Of a DNA stretch of 64,000 nt, positions 25,831-38,618 are shown one piece after another. Positions within the stretch are counted from its first letter, which is position 1; each line of letters starts with the position of its first letter. The stretch covers positions 11,718,001-11,782,000 of the forward strand of contig OZ024763.1 of the NCBI GenBank assembly GCA_964016885.1. The letters are read 5' to 3'. This DNA is from Eledone cirrhosa (Eukaryota). The position numbers and the translations under genes are program-made. The notes beneath the pieces were generated by a model. The model was given only the letters and a program-made list of their open reading frames with translations, made no database searches and had not been told where the DNA came from.

Positions 25831-26049
25831 TCAGGCACATTGGACAGTTCAGTCCTGGATACAGTTTGAAAATATCAGTGGATTGTCTTTGAACGTAGTT
25901 CTGTTTGATCACAATTGACCCCGGGCTAAACAACCACCATCATCACCACCTTGCTGCCACTTGAAATACTGTGGTCTTTGATCATATGCCTGCTTAGTCA
26001 GTATTGACCTAGGGCTAAATAACCACCACCTCTTATACAACTATTCCCA

Positions 26050-26525
26050 TCAAAACCACCATCACCAGAACCACTACCACCATAGCCATCACCACCACCA
26101 CCATCACCACCACCACCACCATCACCACCACCATCATCACCACTACCACCATAGTTATCACCACCAACACCATCACCACTACCACCATAGCCATCACTAC
26201 CACCATAGCCATCACCACCAACACCACCACCATCATCACCACTACCACCATAGCTATCACCACCAACACCATCACCACTACCACCATAGCCATCACCACC
26301 AACACCACCACCATAGCCATCACCACCAACATCACCACCATCATCACCACTACCACCACCACCACACCCACCACCACCACACCCACCACCACCACCACCA
26401 CCATCAGACCCACCACCACCACACCCACCACCACCACCATCAGACCCACCACCACCACCACCACCACCACACCCACCACCACCACCACACCCACCACCAC
26501 CATCAGACCCACCACCACCACCACC
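26050..26525. repeat. (ACC)n-rich low-complexity array
   Basis: Trinucleotide periodicity. Confidence 0.9.
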
Positions 26526-26675
26526 AGTATCAAATCAACATTGTTTAATCTCTCTGGTCGATAAAATCCGTTGGCAATAAAGACTGGAAAAATCAATCAA
26601 ATGACACGAAATATTTCACTTTTGTGAGTTTGAGGAGATCAATACTTTGGTGTGTGTATCAGTGTTTGGAGTGCT

Positions 26676-26707
<32 letters not shown>

Positions 26708-26988
26708 GTCTGTGTGTGAGGGGTTATGGTTGTTTTATTATCTCGTTCTGTTGTTCCTTGTCTGTTTAAAAACACCTTTCCTCTCATGACCTTCCCGCCA
26801 TGTCTCTCTCTCTCTCTCTCTCTTCTCTCCATATATACATATATATATATGTATATATATACACACATATATATATATATATACACATACACACACACAC
26901 ATACATATAAACATTGTTACATTTGTATCTGTGTATTAATCTACAAGTAGACACCTGTATGTATGTGTGTGTGTGTGTGTGTGTGTAT

Positions 26989-27026
<38 letters not shown>

Positions 27027-27269
27027 TATATGTATATAAAAAGTAAATAGTAACATCTAAACAAACAATACAGTACATTAAAGAAATATATTAGTTTAAC
27101 ACTTGATATAATAGGAAACAAGTCTTAACGTTTTGGACACTAGTCCTTCACCAGAAGATAAAATGAGAAAGAAAAAAAGAAACAGAAAGATAGTGAGAAG
27201 AGAAAGTGACAGAAAAAATATGTTTGGAGGAAAAGCATGTTTGTGTTCAATCAGCCATTTTGGCACGTG

Positions 27270-27300
<31 letters not shown>

Positions 27301-27381
27301 CAATTTTTTGGATTGGGGTATGGTTTCTTAGGATGTTTGAAAGTAATGTTTTACAACCAGATGCCCTTCCTTACACCAATA

Positions 27382-28376
27382 TTTTAATGGCAGTTGCTTC
27401 TGTCCTCTCATGGGAAGTAATGTGGTTTTAATGGCAGTTGCTTCTGTCCTCTCATGGGAAGTAATGTGGTTTTAATGGCAGTTGCTTCTGTTCTCTCATG
27501 GGAAGTAATGTGGTTTTAATGGCAGTTGCTTCTGTCCTCTCATGGGAAGTAATGTGGTTTTAATGGCAGTTGCTTCTGTCCTCTCATGGGAAGTAATGTG
27601 GTTTTAATGGCAGTTGCTTCTGTTCTCTCATGGGAAGTAATGTGGTTTTAATGGCAGTTGCTTCTGTCCTCTCATGGGAAGTAATGTGGTTTTAATGGCA
27701 GTTGCTTCTGTCCTCTCATGGGAAGTAATGTGGTTTTAATGGCAGTTGCTTCTGTCCTCTCATTGGAAGTAATGTGGTTTTAATGGCAGTTGCTTCTGTT
27801 CTCTCATGGGAAGTAATGTGGTTTTAATGGCAGTTGCTTCTGTTCTCTCATGGGAAGTAATGTGGTTTTAATGGCAGTTGCTTCTGTTCTCTCATGGGAA
27901 GTAATGTGGTTTTAATGGCAGTTGCTTCTGTCCTCTCATGGGAAGTAATGTGGTTTTAATGGCAGTTGCTTCTGTCCTCTCATGGGAAGTAATGTGGTTT
28001 TAATGGCAGTTGCTTCTGTCCTCTCATTGGAAGTAATGTGGTTTTAATGGCAGTTGCTTCTGTTCTCTCATGGGAAGTAATGTGGTTTTAATGGCAGTTG
28101 CTTCTGTTCTCTCATGGGAAGTAATGTGGTTTTAATGGCAGTTGCTTCTGTTCTCTCATGGGAAGTAATGTGGTTTTAATGGCAGTTGCTTCTGTTCTCT
28201 CATGGGAAGTAATGTGGTTTTAATGGCAGTTGCTTCTGTCCTCTCATGGGAAGTAATGTGGTTTTAATGGCAGTTGCTTCTGTTCTCTCATGGGAAGTAA
28301 TGTGGTTTTAATGGCAGTTGCTTCTGTCCTCTCATGGGAAGTAATGTGGTTTTAATGGCAGTTGCTTCTGTTCTCT
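27382..28376. repeat. 44-bp minisatellite (~22 units)
   Basis: Unit TTTTAATGGCAGTTGCTTCTGTYCTCTCATGGGAAGTAATGTGG. Confidence 0.95.
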
Positions 28377-28392
28377 CCGTGATTGAAATTGG

Positions 28393-28640
28393 TAATATTG
28401 TGCGTGTGTGTGTAGTCAGGTAAGATGTGTGTGTAATATTGTGTAGTTAGATAAGATATGTGTGTAATATTGTATGTAGTCAGGTAAGATATCTGTAATA
28501 TTGTATGTGTAGTCAGGTAAGATATGTGTGTAATATTGTGTGTAGTTAGGTAAGATATGTGTGTAATATTGTGTGTACTCGGGTAAGATATGTGTGTAAT
28601 ATTGTGTGTAGTCAGGTAAGATATGTGTGTAATATTGTGT
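28393..28640. repeat. ~33-bp minisatellite
   Basis: TAATATTGTGTGTAGTCAGGTAAGATATGTGTG variants. Confidence 0.9.
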
Positions 28641-29224
28641 TATGTAATGTACTCTGTAACTCTATGACTTGCAGTGATTTTCAAGGTCAACAGGTTGGTG
28701 TGAAGGGGAGGTAATTCTGTTTTGTTGAAACACCTGTTGTAGAGGTTTTGTGTCAATGTTAGAATTTTGAAGGATTGTGGTTGTCACACACACCCATGTT
28801 TGCATAGAAGTGTATATATACATGTGTGTATATATGTATATGTGTGTGTGTTTATATATGTGTGTGTATACATGTGTATATATGTATATGTATGTGTATG
28901 TATGTTTATCTGTTATATAAATGCTAAGATTTGTATGATAAACTTAAATGATACATTTATATACAAGCTAAATGTGATGGTACCATCTCTAAGAATTGAA
29001 CTCTATACCAGCTGTATACTGATTACTGCCACAAATATTTTATTTACACATATCACATACTCTTTAGTTTGATTTGTTTTAGCCATTCGCAATGCTGGGT
29101 TGTTTGTATGTGGGATCAACACCTTTTCATGCATGTGTATGAGACTAAGGCTGTTTCATGTATGTGTTTGTGTATATGACCAATAACTTTTCATGCATGC
29201 ATGTGTATGTCTTTGTGTATATTT

Positions 29225-29710
29225 GTATATGAAACCAAAGCCTTTGTTATGTATGTCCATTGGTGTTTGTATATGAGTCCAAAGCTTTTGTTATGTATGT
29301 ATGTCCATTGGTGTTTGTATATGAGACCAAAGCTTTTGTTATGTATGTATGTCCATTGGTGTTTGTATATGAGACCAAAGCCTTTGTTATGTATGTATGT
29401 CCATTGGTGTTTGTATATGAGACCAAAGCCTTTGTTATGTATGTATGTCCATTGGTGTTTGTATATGAGACCAAAGCTTTTGTTATGTATGTATGTCCAT
29501 TGGTGTTTGCATATGAGACCAAAGCCTTTGTTATGTATGTATGTCCATTGGTGTTTGTATATGAGACCAAAGCCTTTGTTATGTATGTATGTCCATTGGT
29601 GTTTGTATATGAGACCAAAGCCTTTGTTATGTATGTATGTCCATTGGTGTTTGTATATGAGACCAAAGCCTTTGTTATGTATGTCCATTGGTGTTTGTAT
29701 ATGAGTCCAA
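29225..29710. repeat. 48-bp minisatellite
   Basis: TATATGAGACCAAAGCCTTTGTTATGTATGTATGTCCATTGGTGTTTG. Confidence 0.93.
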
Positions 29711-29751
29711 GGCCTTTCCTCCCTCCTGTATAAATTTGTATGTATCTCTAG

Positions 29752-29824
29752 TGAACTAAAGGAGTGGTCAGTCTACAGAGATATGGTCATTGAAAAAGTT
29801 GTTGAAGTGCTCAACTTACTATAA
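29752..29824 (+). CDS. Candidate terminal coding exon (ELKEWSVYRDMVIEKVVEVLNLL*)
   Basis: Acceptor tatctctag; phase compatible with the 17606 donor; protein-like composition. Confidence 0.35.
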
Positions 29825-31994
29825 TTATGGCTGTCAATTGAGTAATTGAGTGAAGTAGGTGGAAAATATATAAATAAGGCTCTTATGTATACTACTGGCT
29901 GTGTGTATATGTGTGTGTGTGTCTATGTGTGTATATATATATATATATATAATATAATCATATATCATACCACAAGAACCATTGTTAAGTGGGTCTAAAA
30001 ATATCTGGAGTTGAGTGAGACCAAACTGGATTGAGGTCAGCCATACCAGCAAATTGTGTGGCAGATGTTAGCTAGTCTTCTTCGAGTTCTCTATGAAGAA
30101 GTTGTTATTTTGAAATTATGGTGTGTCTAGATGTGTGTGTTTGTGTGTGTGAGTCAGAGACAAGTGATGTGTCAAAATGACCATGTAATGTAGCATGTGT
30201 GGCCATTCACAAAAGAAAGAGATGTGAATTTGTCTCTCAATGCTGGCAATGTGTGATATCCTTGCTGGGAAAGTGTGTAAAACTCTGTCTCATCCTAACT
30301 AGTGTGGTAGCAAAGGACTTAGTGTGGCTTTTCACAGGATATGAGAGGTGGGTTTGTATCCCAGTATTGATATTGTATTGTGCAGTGTTCTTTCTGGATA
30401 ACATGTTAAATTCTCCACATCCTACCCTAACTGAGCTAGCAGCAAATACTTGATTTGTGGCTTTCCACTGAAGAGATATGAATTTGTGTATCCCAGTGTT
30501 GGCAATAGGCAGAGTAATTCCTGACCAACATGTTAAACTCCTTTCATCCTAACTGAGTTGGTAACAAAGGGCTTAGTTTGTAGTTTTTATGGGAATAAAG
30601 TGATGTGAATTTGTATCCCAGTGTAATGCATTGTGTAATGTATTCTAGGTTCTTTAGTTACAGTTGAATAATCTATTGGTATTAAGTAGTTATTACAGCT
30701 CACACCTGCATAGGTTTCATTGGCCTTCTGTTAGGTTGTGTTTCATAGGAAGGCCTGGAAGGTAAAGTTGGCGTCAGCAGGATTTGAACTCAGAGTAAAG
30801 GGAGCTGGACTAAGATATTTAATCCAACATTTTTACAAGTCTACCAATTCACTGCTTTCACAGCAAACTATCTGAAACAAGCCTCTGCTTTGAAGATACA
30901 AAATTGTTTGTATTTTTCTATCAACCTATCTTTCATTAGAAATATGATAATGAAAGGGTTAAAGTGTTTGTTTATCTAAAAACTTTCCATCATAATTTTA
31001 TCTCTGAACTATTGAGTTATATTTCAAATATTAGCTCAATAACAAATTTATATTATTAAATCTTGCCAAATCATTGATATTTTCCAAATTATTTGAAAAA
31101 TCATAGATATTGTCTTTCATTAGAAATATGGCAATGAGAGGGTTAAAGTGTTTATATTTATCTAAAACCCTTCCATCATAATTTTCTATAAGACCCTTTA
31201 TTATGTTCCAAGCATCGGCTTAATAACAAGAAAATGGCAACGAAAGGGTTGAGGGTATATAACACAAAAAATCGAATCCATTTCTCATGGCATTCTCATA
31301 AAAAATTGTCTGAAAGAAAGAGAATGTTAAGAAATGACATGGTAGCATGTGTAATTTGTCTGCAAGGAATTCTGTTGTACTTTCTTACTCTTGATTCTTC
31401 ATGTTTTATGATAAATGAAGAATTCTTTTCTTGCCTCCCTCCCTTCCTCTATTGTGCTGGAGGGGGTGGGACAATACTGCACCTGTTTCACCAAAGATTC
31501 CACTACTAACATACTTTCTCTCTTTATTTCATTTGTCTGACACATTGTCTGTAGCTATAATTGTTTCTAACATGAGCAAGAGACCAGACATTTTGCAGAG
31601 AGAGGAAAGTTCATTAAATCAACCCTAATGCCTAATTCTTCACCCACTTATTCCTGAGAGGTCATGGGGGCAGAGTCCCCAAGCATGCTTTCCAGCGGGT
31701 TCTGTCACAAGCATCTCCAGTTGATCCAGATGTTATCCAACCATCTTACTTGGAGTCTACCCCTGGTTCTCTAGTTAGTTGTTTTACCCATAAAATCTGT
31801 CCAGCAATTATTTCCTGAGACATTTTAACCACATGTCAGTAATATCAGAGCTTGATCTCTCAATTCAAAGAAGTGCTAGACTAATGCTTTATTTTATTGA
31901 CCACAAAAGGATGAAAGGCAAAGTTGACTTTGATGGGATTTGAACTCAGAATGTAAAGAGCCGAATCAAATACCACAAGGCATTTTGACCGATG

Positions 31995-32230
31995 CTTTAA
32001 TGATTCTGCTAATCGACCGCCTCCCTACTCACCACCACTGGCACGGAGTTGGCTACCTGCAGGTGTGCCTCATGAGCTGGAATGGCTCTTCCAATGTGTC
32101 CTCCTCACTATTCTCTGGGCAAGCGCCTTCTCAATTCTGTCTGCCGGGACTGCGGAGCAACCAGCACATGGGCTCCCATTTGCATATAATAGTGAGAGAT
32201 GAAAATGAGACGGAGGCAGTGAGTGAAAGA
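31995..32230 (+). mobile_element. CRE-like (RLE) non-LTR element 3' fragment
   Basis: Homologous to the minus strand of 35845-36125. Confidence 0.55.
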
Positions 32231-32426
32231 GAGAGAGAGTATCAACTCACACACACACACACACGCTTGAGAAGACAATGATAGATGTTTCTCATTGTCA
32301 GTCTAGTTCCTTTTACATAGGAGGATTCTTATATAAAATTATGTTGTAAACTTTTGATTTAATTAGTAAAACTAACTCAATCACTCAACCATCCAGCCAA
32401 CATGTCAGCTAGACATTATTATTATA

Positions 32427-33070
32427 GGGCGGTGGATTGGCAGTTATCGGTAGAGGGTCGGACGCCATGCTTTGATGCATAGAGTTACGGCCCTTGCCAT
32501 TCTGAGTTCAAATCCCGCCGAGGTTAACTTTGCCTTTCGTCCTTACGGGGTCGATAAAATAAAGTACCGGTAATACACTGGGGTAATTGCTGGCCTTGTG
32601 CCAAAAGTAGAAACAATTATTATTGTTGGCTAGGGCGGTTGATTGGCAGTATCGGTAGAGGGTCGGACGCCATGCTTTCCAGCATAGAGTTACGTCCCTT
32701 TATGGTCTGAGTTCAAATCCTGCCGAGGTTAGCTTTGCCTTTCATCCTTACGGGGTCTATAAAATAAAGTACCAGTAATGCACTGGGGTAATTGCTGGCC
32801 TTGTGCCAAAAGTAGAAACAATTGTTATTGCTGGCCATTCTGTCAATAGTGGTGGATTGGCAGAATCGGTAGAGCGTCGGACACCCTGCTTTGCAACATA
32901 TAGTTACATCCTTTTGCATTCTCATTTCAAACGTCGCCAGGGTTAGCTTTTACCTTTCAGCCTTACAGGGTCGCTAAAATAAAGTACCAGTAATACACCG
33001 GGGTCGATTTAATTGGCTTTCCCCCTCTCACCAATATTGCCGGCCTTGGGCCTAAAGAAGAAACAATTAT
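32427..33070 (+). mobile_element. Three head-to-tail SINE family A copies
   Basis: Heads at ~32427, ~32633 and ~32848, each with B box, core and GAAACAATT tail. Confidence 0.9.
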
Positions 33071-33187
33071 GACTACAACAACAACAACAACAACAGTGAT
33101 AATGTTTGTTTTGCAAAGAGAGACTGAACCATTTTGCTGGTGTTGTTAACATTTGCCTACAGATGTCTTAAATCAACACACACCCTC

Positions 33188-33243
<56 letters not shown>

Positions 33244-33423
33244 AGATTTTCTCTCTATCTCTCTCAGATTTTCTCTCTATCTCTCTCTCTCTTTGTTAGA
33301 TTTTCTCTCTATCTCTCTTTCTCTCTGTTAGATTTTCTCTGTCAGTTTTTCTCTCTATCTCTCTCTCTTTGTCAGTTTTTCTCTCTATCTCTTTTTCTCT
33401 CTATCTCTCTCTCTTTGTCAGTT

Positions 33424-33492
<69 letters not shown>

Positions 33493-33754
33493 GTCTGTCA
33501 GTCTCTCTGTCTCTCTTTTCCATACACATGACATCTATTATATATTTCATTGTTGTCAGTTTTGCACACTCCCTCTCTCCCTCCCTCTCTCCCCTTCCCT
33601 CTCTGCCTCCCCTCTTTCTCCCCTCGCTCCTCCTCTCTCCCCTATCTCTCCCCTCGCTCCTCCTCTCTCCCCTATCTCTCCCCTTCTCCCCCTCTCCCTC
33701 TCTCCATCCATCCACAATATGACATCTATTACACACTTCATTGTTGCCAGCCCC

Positions 33755-33878
<124 letters not shown>

Positions 33879-34171
33879 TACATCTATAACCAATCCTCCA
33901 CATTTACCACTTCTTGCACTCTGTAAATGTTATATATTTATATTTCACTTTTAAGTCTTCAGTTCTTCAATTCCTTCTTCCACTTTGTTTTACTACAAAC
34001 CTTACAATTCCTCAGCCCCTTCCCCTCTCTCTTTCTCTCTTGTCCCACCCTCTCTCTGTCTCTCTTGCCCCCCCTCTCTATTGGCTCCCTCTCTGTCAAC
34101 ATGAAACATATTCATTGTTGTAACATTCTTCTTTCTTTCTCTTTCACATCTCTCTCTCTCTCTCTCTTTCA

Positions 34172-34243
<72 letters not shown>

Positions 34244-34668
34244 CTTGTGAAATGATCAATTTTCTCCTCCTGTTTCTCAGAACAAACCTTTCTTCCTTGC
34301 AAAATAATATCTTATTTATTTGTTTATTCTAATGTATGTGTATACATGAATATATATATATATATATATACACATACACACACACTATAGTTCCTGTTTT
34401 TAAGGTTTAATCTTTCCTGTTTCTTTGTCTCATAGAAAAGGAAAAAAAGCAGCATTGCGTCTCCACATAATATTGTTGTTGTCACTGTTGTTGTATTGGT
34501 GGGGCTGAGAAGGTGGGGTGTTGTTTGACAGGATTGTTTGTGCAAATACTGTCGAATTTAATGACAGAAATCAGTAAATGAATAACAAGAATAATGTAAC
34601 TAGGAGTACATTATCCAATGTATATGGACGGTTGTTTTCTTTCTAATATGTTAGGATGCTATGTGTAC

Positions 34669-34723
<55 letters not shown>

Positions 34724-34727
34724 CATG

Positions 34728-35240
34728 TGATATACCAAAATACCCAACTATAGTGTATATTATGTATATGTCATATGATATACCAATATACCCAACTATA
34801 GTGTATATTGTGTATATGTCATATGATATACCAATATACCCAACTATAGTGTATATTGTGTATATGTCATATGATATACCAAAATACCCAACTATAGTGT
34901 ATATTGTGTATATATCATGATATACCAAAATACCCAACTATAGTGTATATTGTGTATATATCATATGATATACCAAAATACCCAACTATAGTGTATATTG
35001 TGTATATACCATATGATATACCAAAATACCCAACTATAGTGTATATTATGTATATGTCATATGATATACCAAAATACCCAACTATAGTGTATATTGTGTA
35101 TATGTCATATGATATACCAAAATACCCAACTATAGTGTATATTGTGTATATATATGATATACCAATATACCCAACTATAGTGTATATTGTGTGTGTGTAT
35201 ATATATACTATCAAATGAAATAGTAATATACCCAACTATA
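34728..35240. repeat. 48-bp minisatellite
   Basis: TGATATACCAAAATACCCAACTATAGTGTATATTGTGTATATGTCATA. Confidence 0.93.
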
Positions 35241-35259
35241 AAGGAGAACTAAAAAAAAA

Positions 35260-35536
35260 GTTTAAAGTCTGTCTTAAGCCAGAAGGCTCATTTGGCCAGT
35301 GCTTATCCTGGTTTCTTGGCCTGAAGCAACTGAGAGTACGAGACTTCCCCCTGGACAGGACGCCAGTCCATCGCAAGGTTAAACCTCAAGCTATTGTTGG
35401 TACTCATTTTCAGCTGAGTATACTGGAGCAACGTGAAATGAAGTGTTTTGCTCAAGAACACAACACGCAACTCGGGAATCAAACCCACGACATTATGATA
35501 GTAAGTCCAACACCCTTACCACTAGGCCACGTGCCA
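35260..35536 (-). mobile_element. CORE-type SINE with a different 3' half
   Basis: tRNA head and CORE as in family B, followed by GCGATGGACTGGCGTCCTGTCCAGGG. Confidence 0.75.
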
Positions 35537-35844
35537 TAAAGGAGAGGCCACGTGCCATAAAGGAGAACACAAATGAAGAATTCACAAAGAGTAAGAAAGA
35601 AAAAGAACTGTTACTTGAGACATATACAATTTGGGACTATACAATTATTAAGAATTGAAACTGTTGCTTATGTTAATATGGAGTTTGGGTGAAGAATTAC
35701 TAAATGACAGTTGAAAATGGGAGTGGGATTGCAGGGTAGAAGAATATTACCTGGGTCCCTGAGGATTTTATGTAAAAACCTTTCAGTTACTACTACAGAC
35801 AACTTGTATCAACAGGTGAAGTAATTAGTGTAAAAATACACACA

Positions 35845-36125
35845 CATGAACACCTGGTCCGAACACAGAGGAGCTGAACTCCCAGTCATTGCCTCTGTCT
35901 CTCTCGCCCTCCCCATCTCTCACTATCATGAGAAAATGGGGTCCCACGTGCTGGTTGCGCCACAGCCCTGGCGGACAGAATAGAGAAGGCGTTTCCCCTG
36001 GGGTAAGGTGAAGGAGATGCGCTGGAAGAGCCATTCCATCTCGCAAGGCTCACACCTGCGGCTAACCAGCTCAGCGCCTATGGTGGTGAGTAGGGAGGTG
36101 GCCAAGGACACCAGACGTCCCCACT
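35845..36125 (-). mobile_element. CRE-like (RLE) non-LTR element 3' fragment
   Basis: Reads LLTTIG...EWLFQRIS..(Q)GNAFSILS with frameshifts, resembling the FQRIS..IQRGNA end of CRE-type elements. Confidence 0.6.
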
Positions 36126-36299
36126 GAGGATTATTGCTGTATTGAACTCTGTCCATATCCCTATAACAGTGATTACTACCATCATTTCACTACAAACCTC
36201 TCTCGTCTCACAAAATACCATTTTGTAAAGCAATCACTATTCTAAGTCTTTATTTTTTCCTCTTCTTGTAATTTATAATCTCTCCTCTTTTTCTCCCTC

Positions 36300-36595
36300 C
36301 TCTCCATCTCTCTCTTCTCTCTCCCTCTCTCCATCCCTTTCTTTTTCTCTCTCCCTCTCTCCATCCCTTTCTTTTTCTCTCTCCCTCTCTCCATCCCTTT
36401 CTTTTTCTCTCTCCCTCTCTCCATCCCTTTCTTTTTCTCTCTCCCTCTCTCCATCCCTTTCTTTTTCTCTCTCCCTCTCTCCATCCCTTTCTTTTTCTCT
36501 CTCCCTCTCTCCATCCCTTTCTTTTTCTCTCTCCCTCTCTCCATCCCTTTCTTTTTCTCTCTCCCTCTCTCCCTCTCCCTTTCTTTTTCTCTCCC
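36300..36595. repeat. 30-bp pyrimidine minisatellite
   Basis: CCATCCCTTTCTTTTTCTCTCTCCCTCTCT, about 9 copies. Confidence 0.95.
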
Positions 36596-36706
36596 TCTCT
36601 CTTCTTGTTTCTCTTATTGATTGTTGCTTCTATGTTTATGAGCTTTTTATTATGATCAATTACATGTATGTGTATGTATGTGTATATATATATATATATA
36701 TATGCA

Positions 36707-36746
<40 letters not shown>

Positions 36747-37172
36747 CGCACACACACACATACACACTGACAGCCACACATGTATATATGTGTGTGTATC
36801 TCTGTTAACAAGAAGAACTGATATGGGCCATAAACCAGTCAATAAACTGTCTTATTGACTGATTCTGTAGTAGGTGGGGGAGCTTATTTTCTCCACTAAT
36901 ACAGTCATTCCTCGTTAATTAAATTCATTATCTTCCCAGTTTTGTATATTAATTGGGGGACTGGTCCTTAAAAAGACTCTATTGCTCTCTAGGATCTATC
37001 AATCCATTTATTGTGCTACATTAAACACTCTATATAACATGTCCCTGTGTGTATTATTACTTTAATAATATCTCTTTGTGAGGTCTGACTGCACAGTTGC
37101 AGCCAGCCAAGTAATGCAATAAATAGTCATTTGTATGTGGTCGGTCACTCCCAATGGCCCTATTCATTTTAT

Positions 37173-37690
37173 CTCTTAACATCCTGAAAATATTTAGAAA
37201 TGGGTTTGTGAATTCAAATATTTATAGTATGTTTATAAGTGGACAGACTGTAAAACTTTGCAGTATTAGAGTAAAGATTTTAATATTTAATGTGATGCAG
37301 TCATAGTTGTTTTGTACTAAATATTTATAGTTATAGTGTCTTTATTGGTGGACAGATTGTTGTGAAACTATGCATATGAGAGTAAAGATTTTAATATTTA
37401 ATGTGATACAGGCATAGTGTTGTTTTGTACTAAATATTTATAGTATCTTTACAAGTAGACAGATTGTGAAATTTTGCAGTATTAGAGTAAAGACTTTAAT
37501 ATTTAATGCAATGCAGTCATATAGTTGTTTTGTACTGTTTATAGTTTCTTTACTAGTGGACAGACTGTCGTGAACATTTACAGTATTAAAGTAGAATCTT
37601 TAATATTTAATATGATGCAATCATAGCACTGTTTTGTATTTTCAAGAATCTCTTGCTAATGTGGTTTCATGTGGTACAGGATGTTGTTAA
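37173..37690. mobile_element. MITE-like element with internal diverged tandem repeats
   Basis: Ends CTCTTAACATCCTG ... CAGGATGTTGTTAA; related copies at 45070-45553 and 45787-45885. Confidence 0.55.
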
Positions 37691-37861
37691 CTGATTCCTG
37701 ATATTTCTATGATTTTCAAATCATTTTCAATGTAATCATGATTTGGAGTATTTAGTTATATAACCAACTTTCTCATTATTAGGTTGGTGTTTCGAACATA
37801 AAGTAACACATATTTGCATAGATTTATGATGAGTTTTAGATAAATATAAACATTTTTAACC

Positions 37862-38120
37862 CTTCTTCTCCTACCACTTATTCCTGAGAGGGTCGTGGGG
37901 ACAGAGGCCTCAAACGCTCCCTGCAGCGGGTCCTGTCAGAAGCAACAGTCTCCAACTGATATGGCTAGATCCCCAAGTGAGGCCACCCAAACTCATGGAT
38001 GTTATCCAACCATTTTGCTCAGGGTCTACCCCTGGATTTCCTTACCTGTTGGTTTTGCCAGTAAAATATGTCCAGCGATTCTTTCCTGAGACATTCTAAC
38101 AACATGCCCCTAGTATCAGC
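37862..38120 (-). mobile_element. RTE-clade LINE 3' fragment
   Basis: Minus strand GHVVRMSQERIAGHILLAKPTGK..RGRP..KWLDNIHE. Confidence 0.7.
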
Positions 38121-38584
38121 AATGATCTCTCCCCCTTTCATTGTCATATTTCTAATGAAAGACCCTGCCTATCATCTTCAAATGCTTTTGAAGATAATGA
38201 AGAATTTGGAGGAATTTAGTAATATAACTATTTCGTGTTTTACATGAAATTATGAAGGAAAGGTTTTAGATAAATATAAACACAGCCCTTTCATTGCCAT
38301 GATGTTCAAACAAATTAGAAAATAGAGAATTTGGGCAGGGGGAGGGGATAGTAATGTAATTTTCTCATTAAGTTGGTATTTGGGACATAAAGGTTCTTGC
38401 ATAAAAGTATGATGGAAAATTGTTAGATAAATGTAAACACTTTAAAATCAGAAAGCTTGTACTGTAGAGGCAGGAGTGGTCTGTTATCAAAAGGGTTAAT
38501 ACATAACATTTTAGTCTAGATGGGTGGGCAAATATTATTTATCTTATAAATAATTAAGAAGTGTCAGAGTTAAGTGTGTGTGTG

Positions 38585-38618
<34 letters not shown>

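Noticed and set aside
26526-26584. Possible minus-strand exon (FIANGFYRPERLNNVDLIL) with a strong acceptor
   Set aside because: No convincing donor, no partner exons, no recognisable homology
36860-37170. Unique non-repetitive island with TAAT motifs (possible enhancer)
   Set aside because: Cannot be supported without conservation or chromatin data
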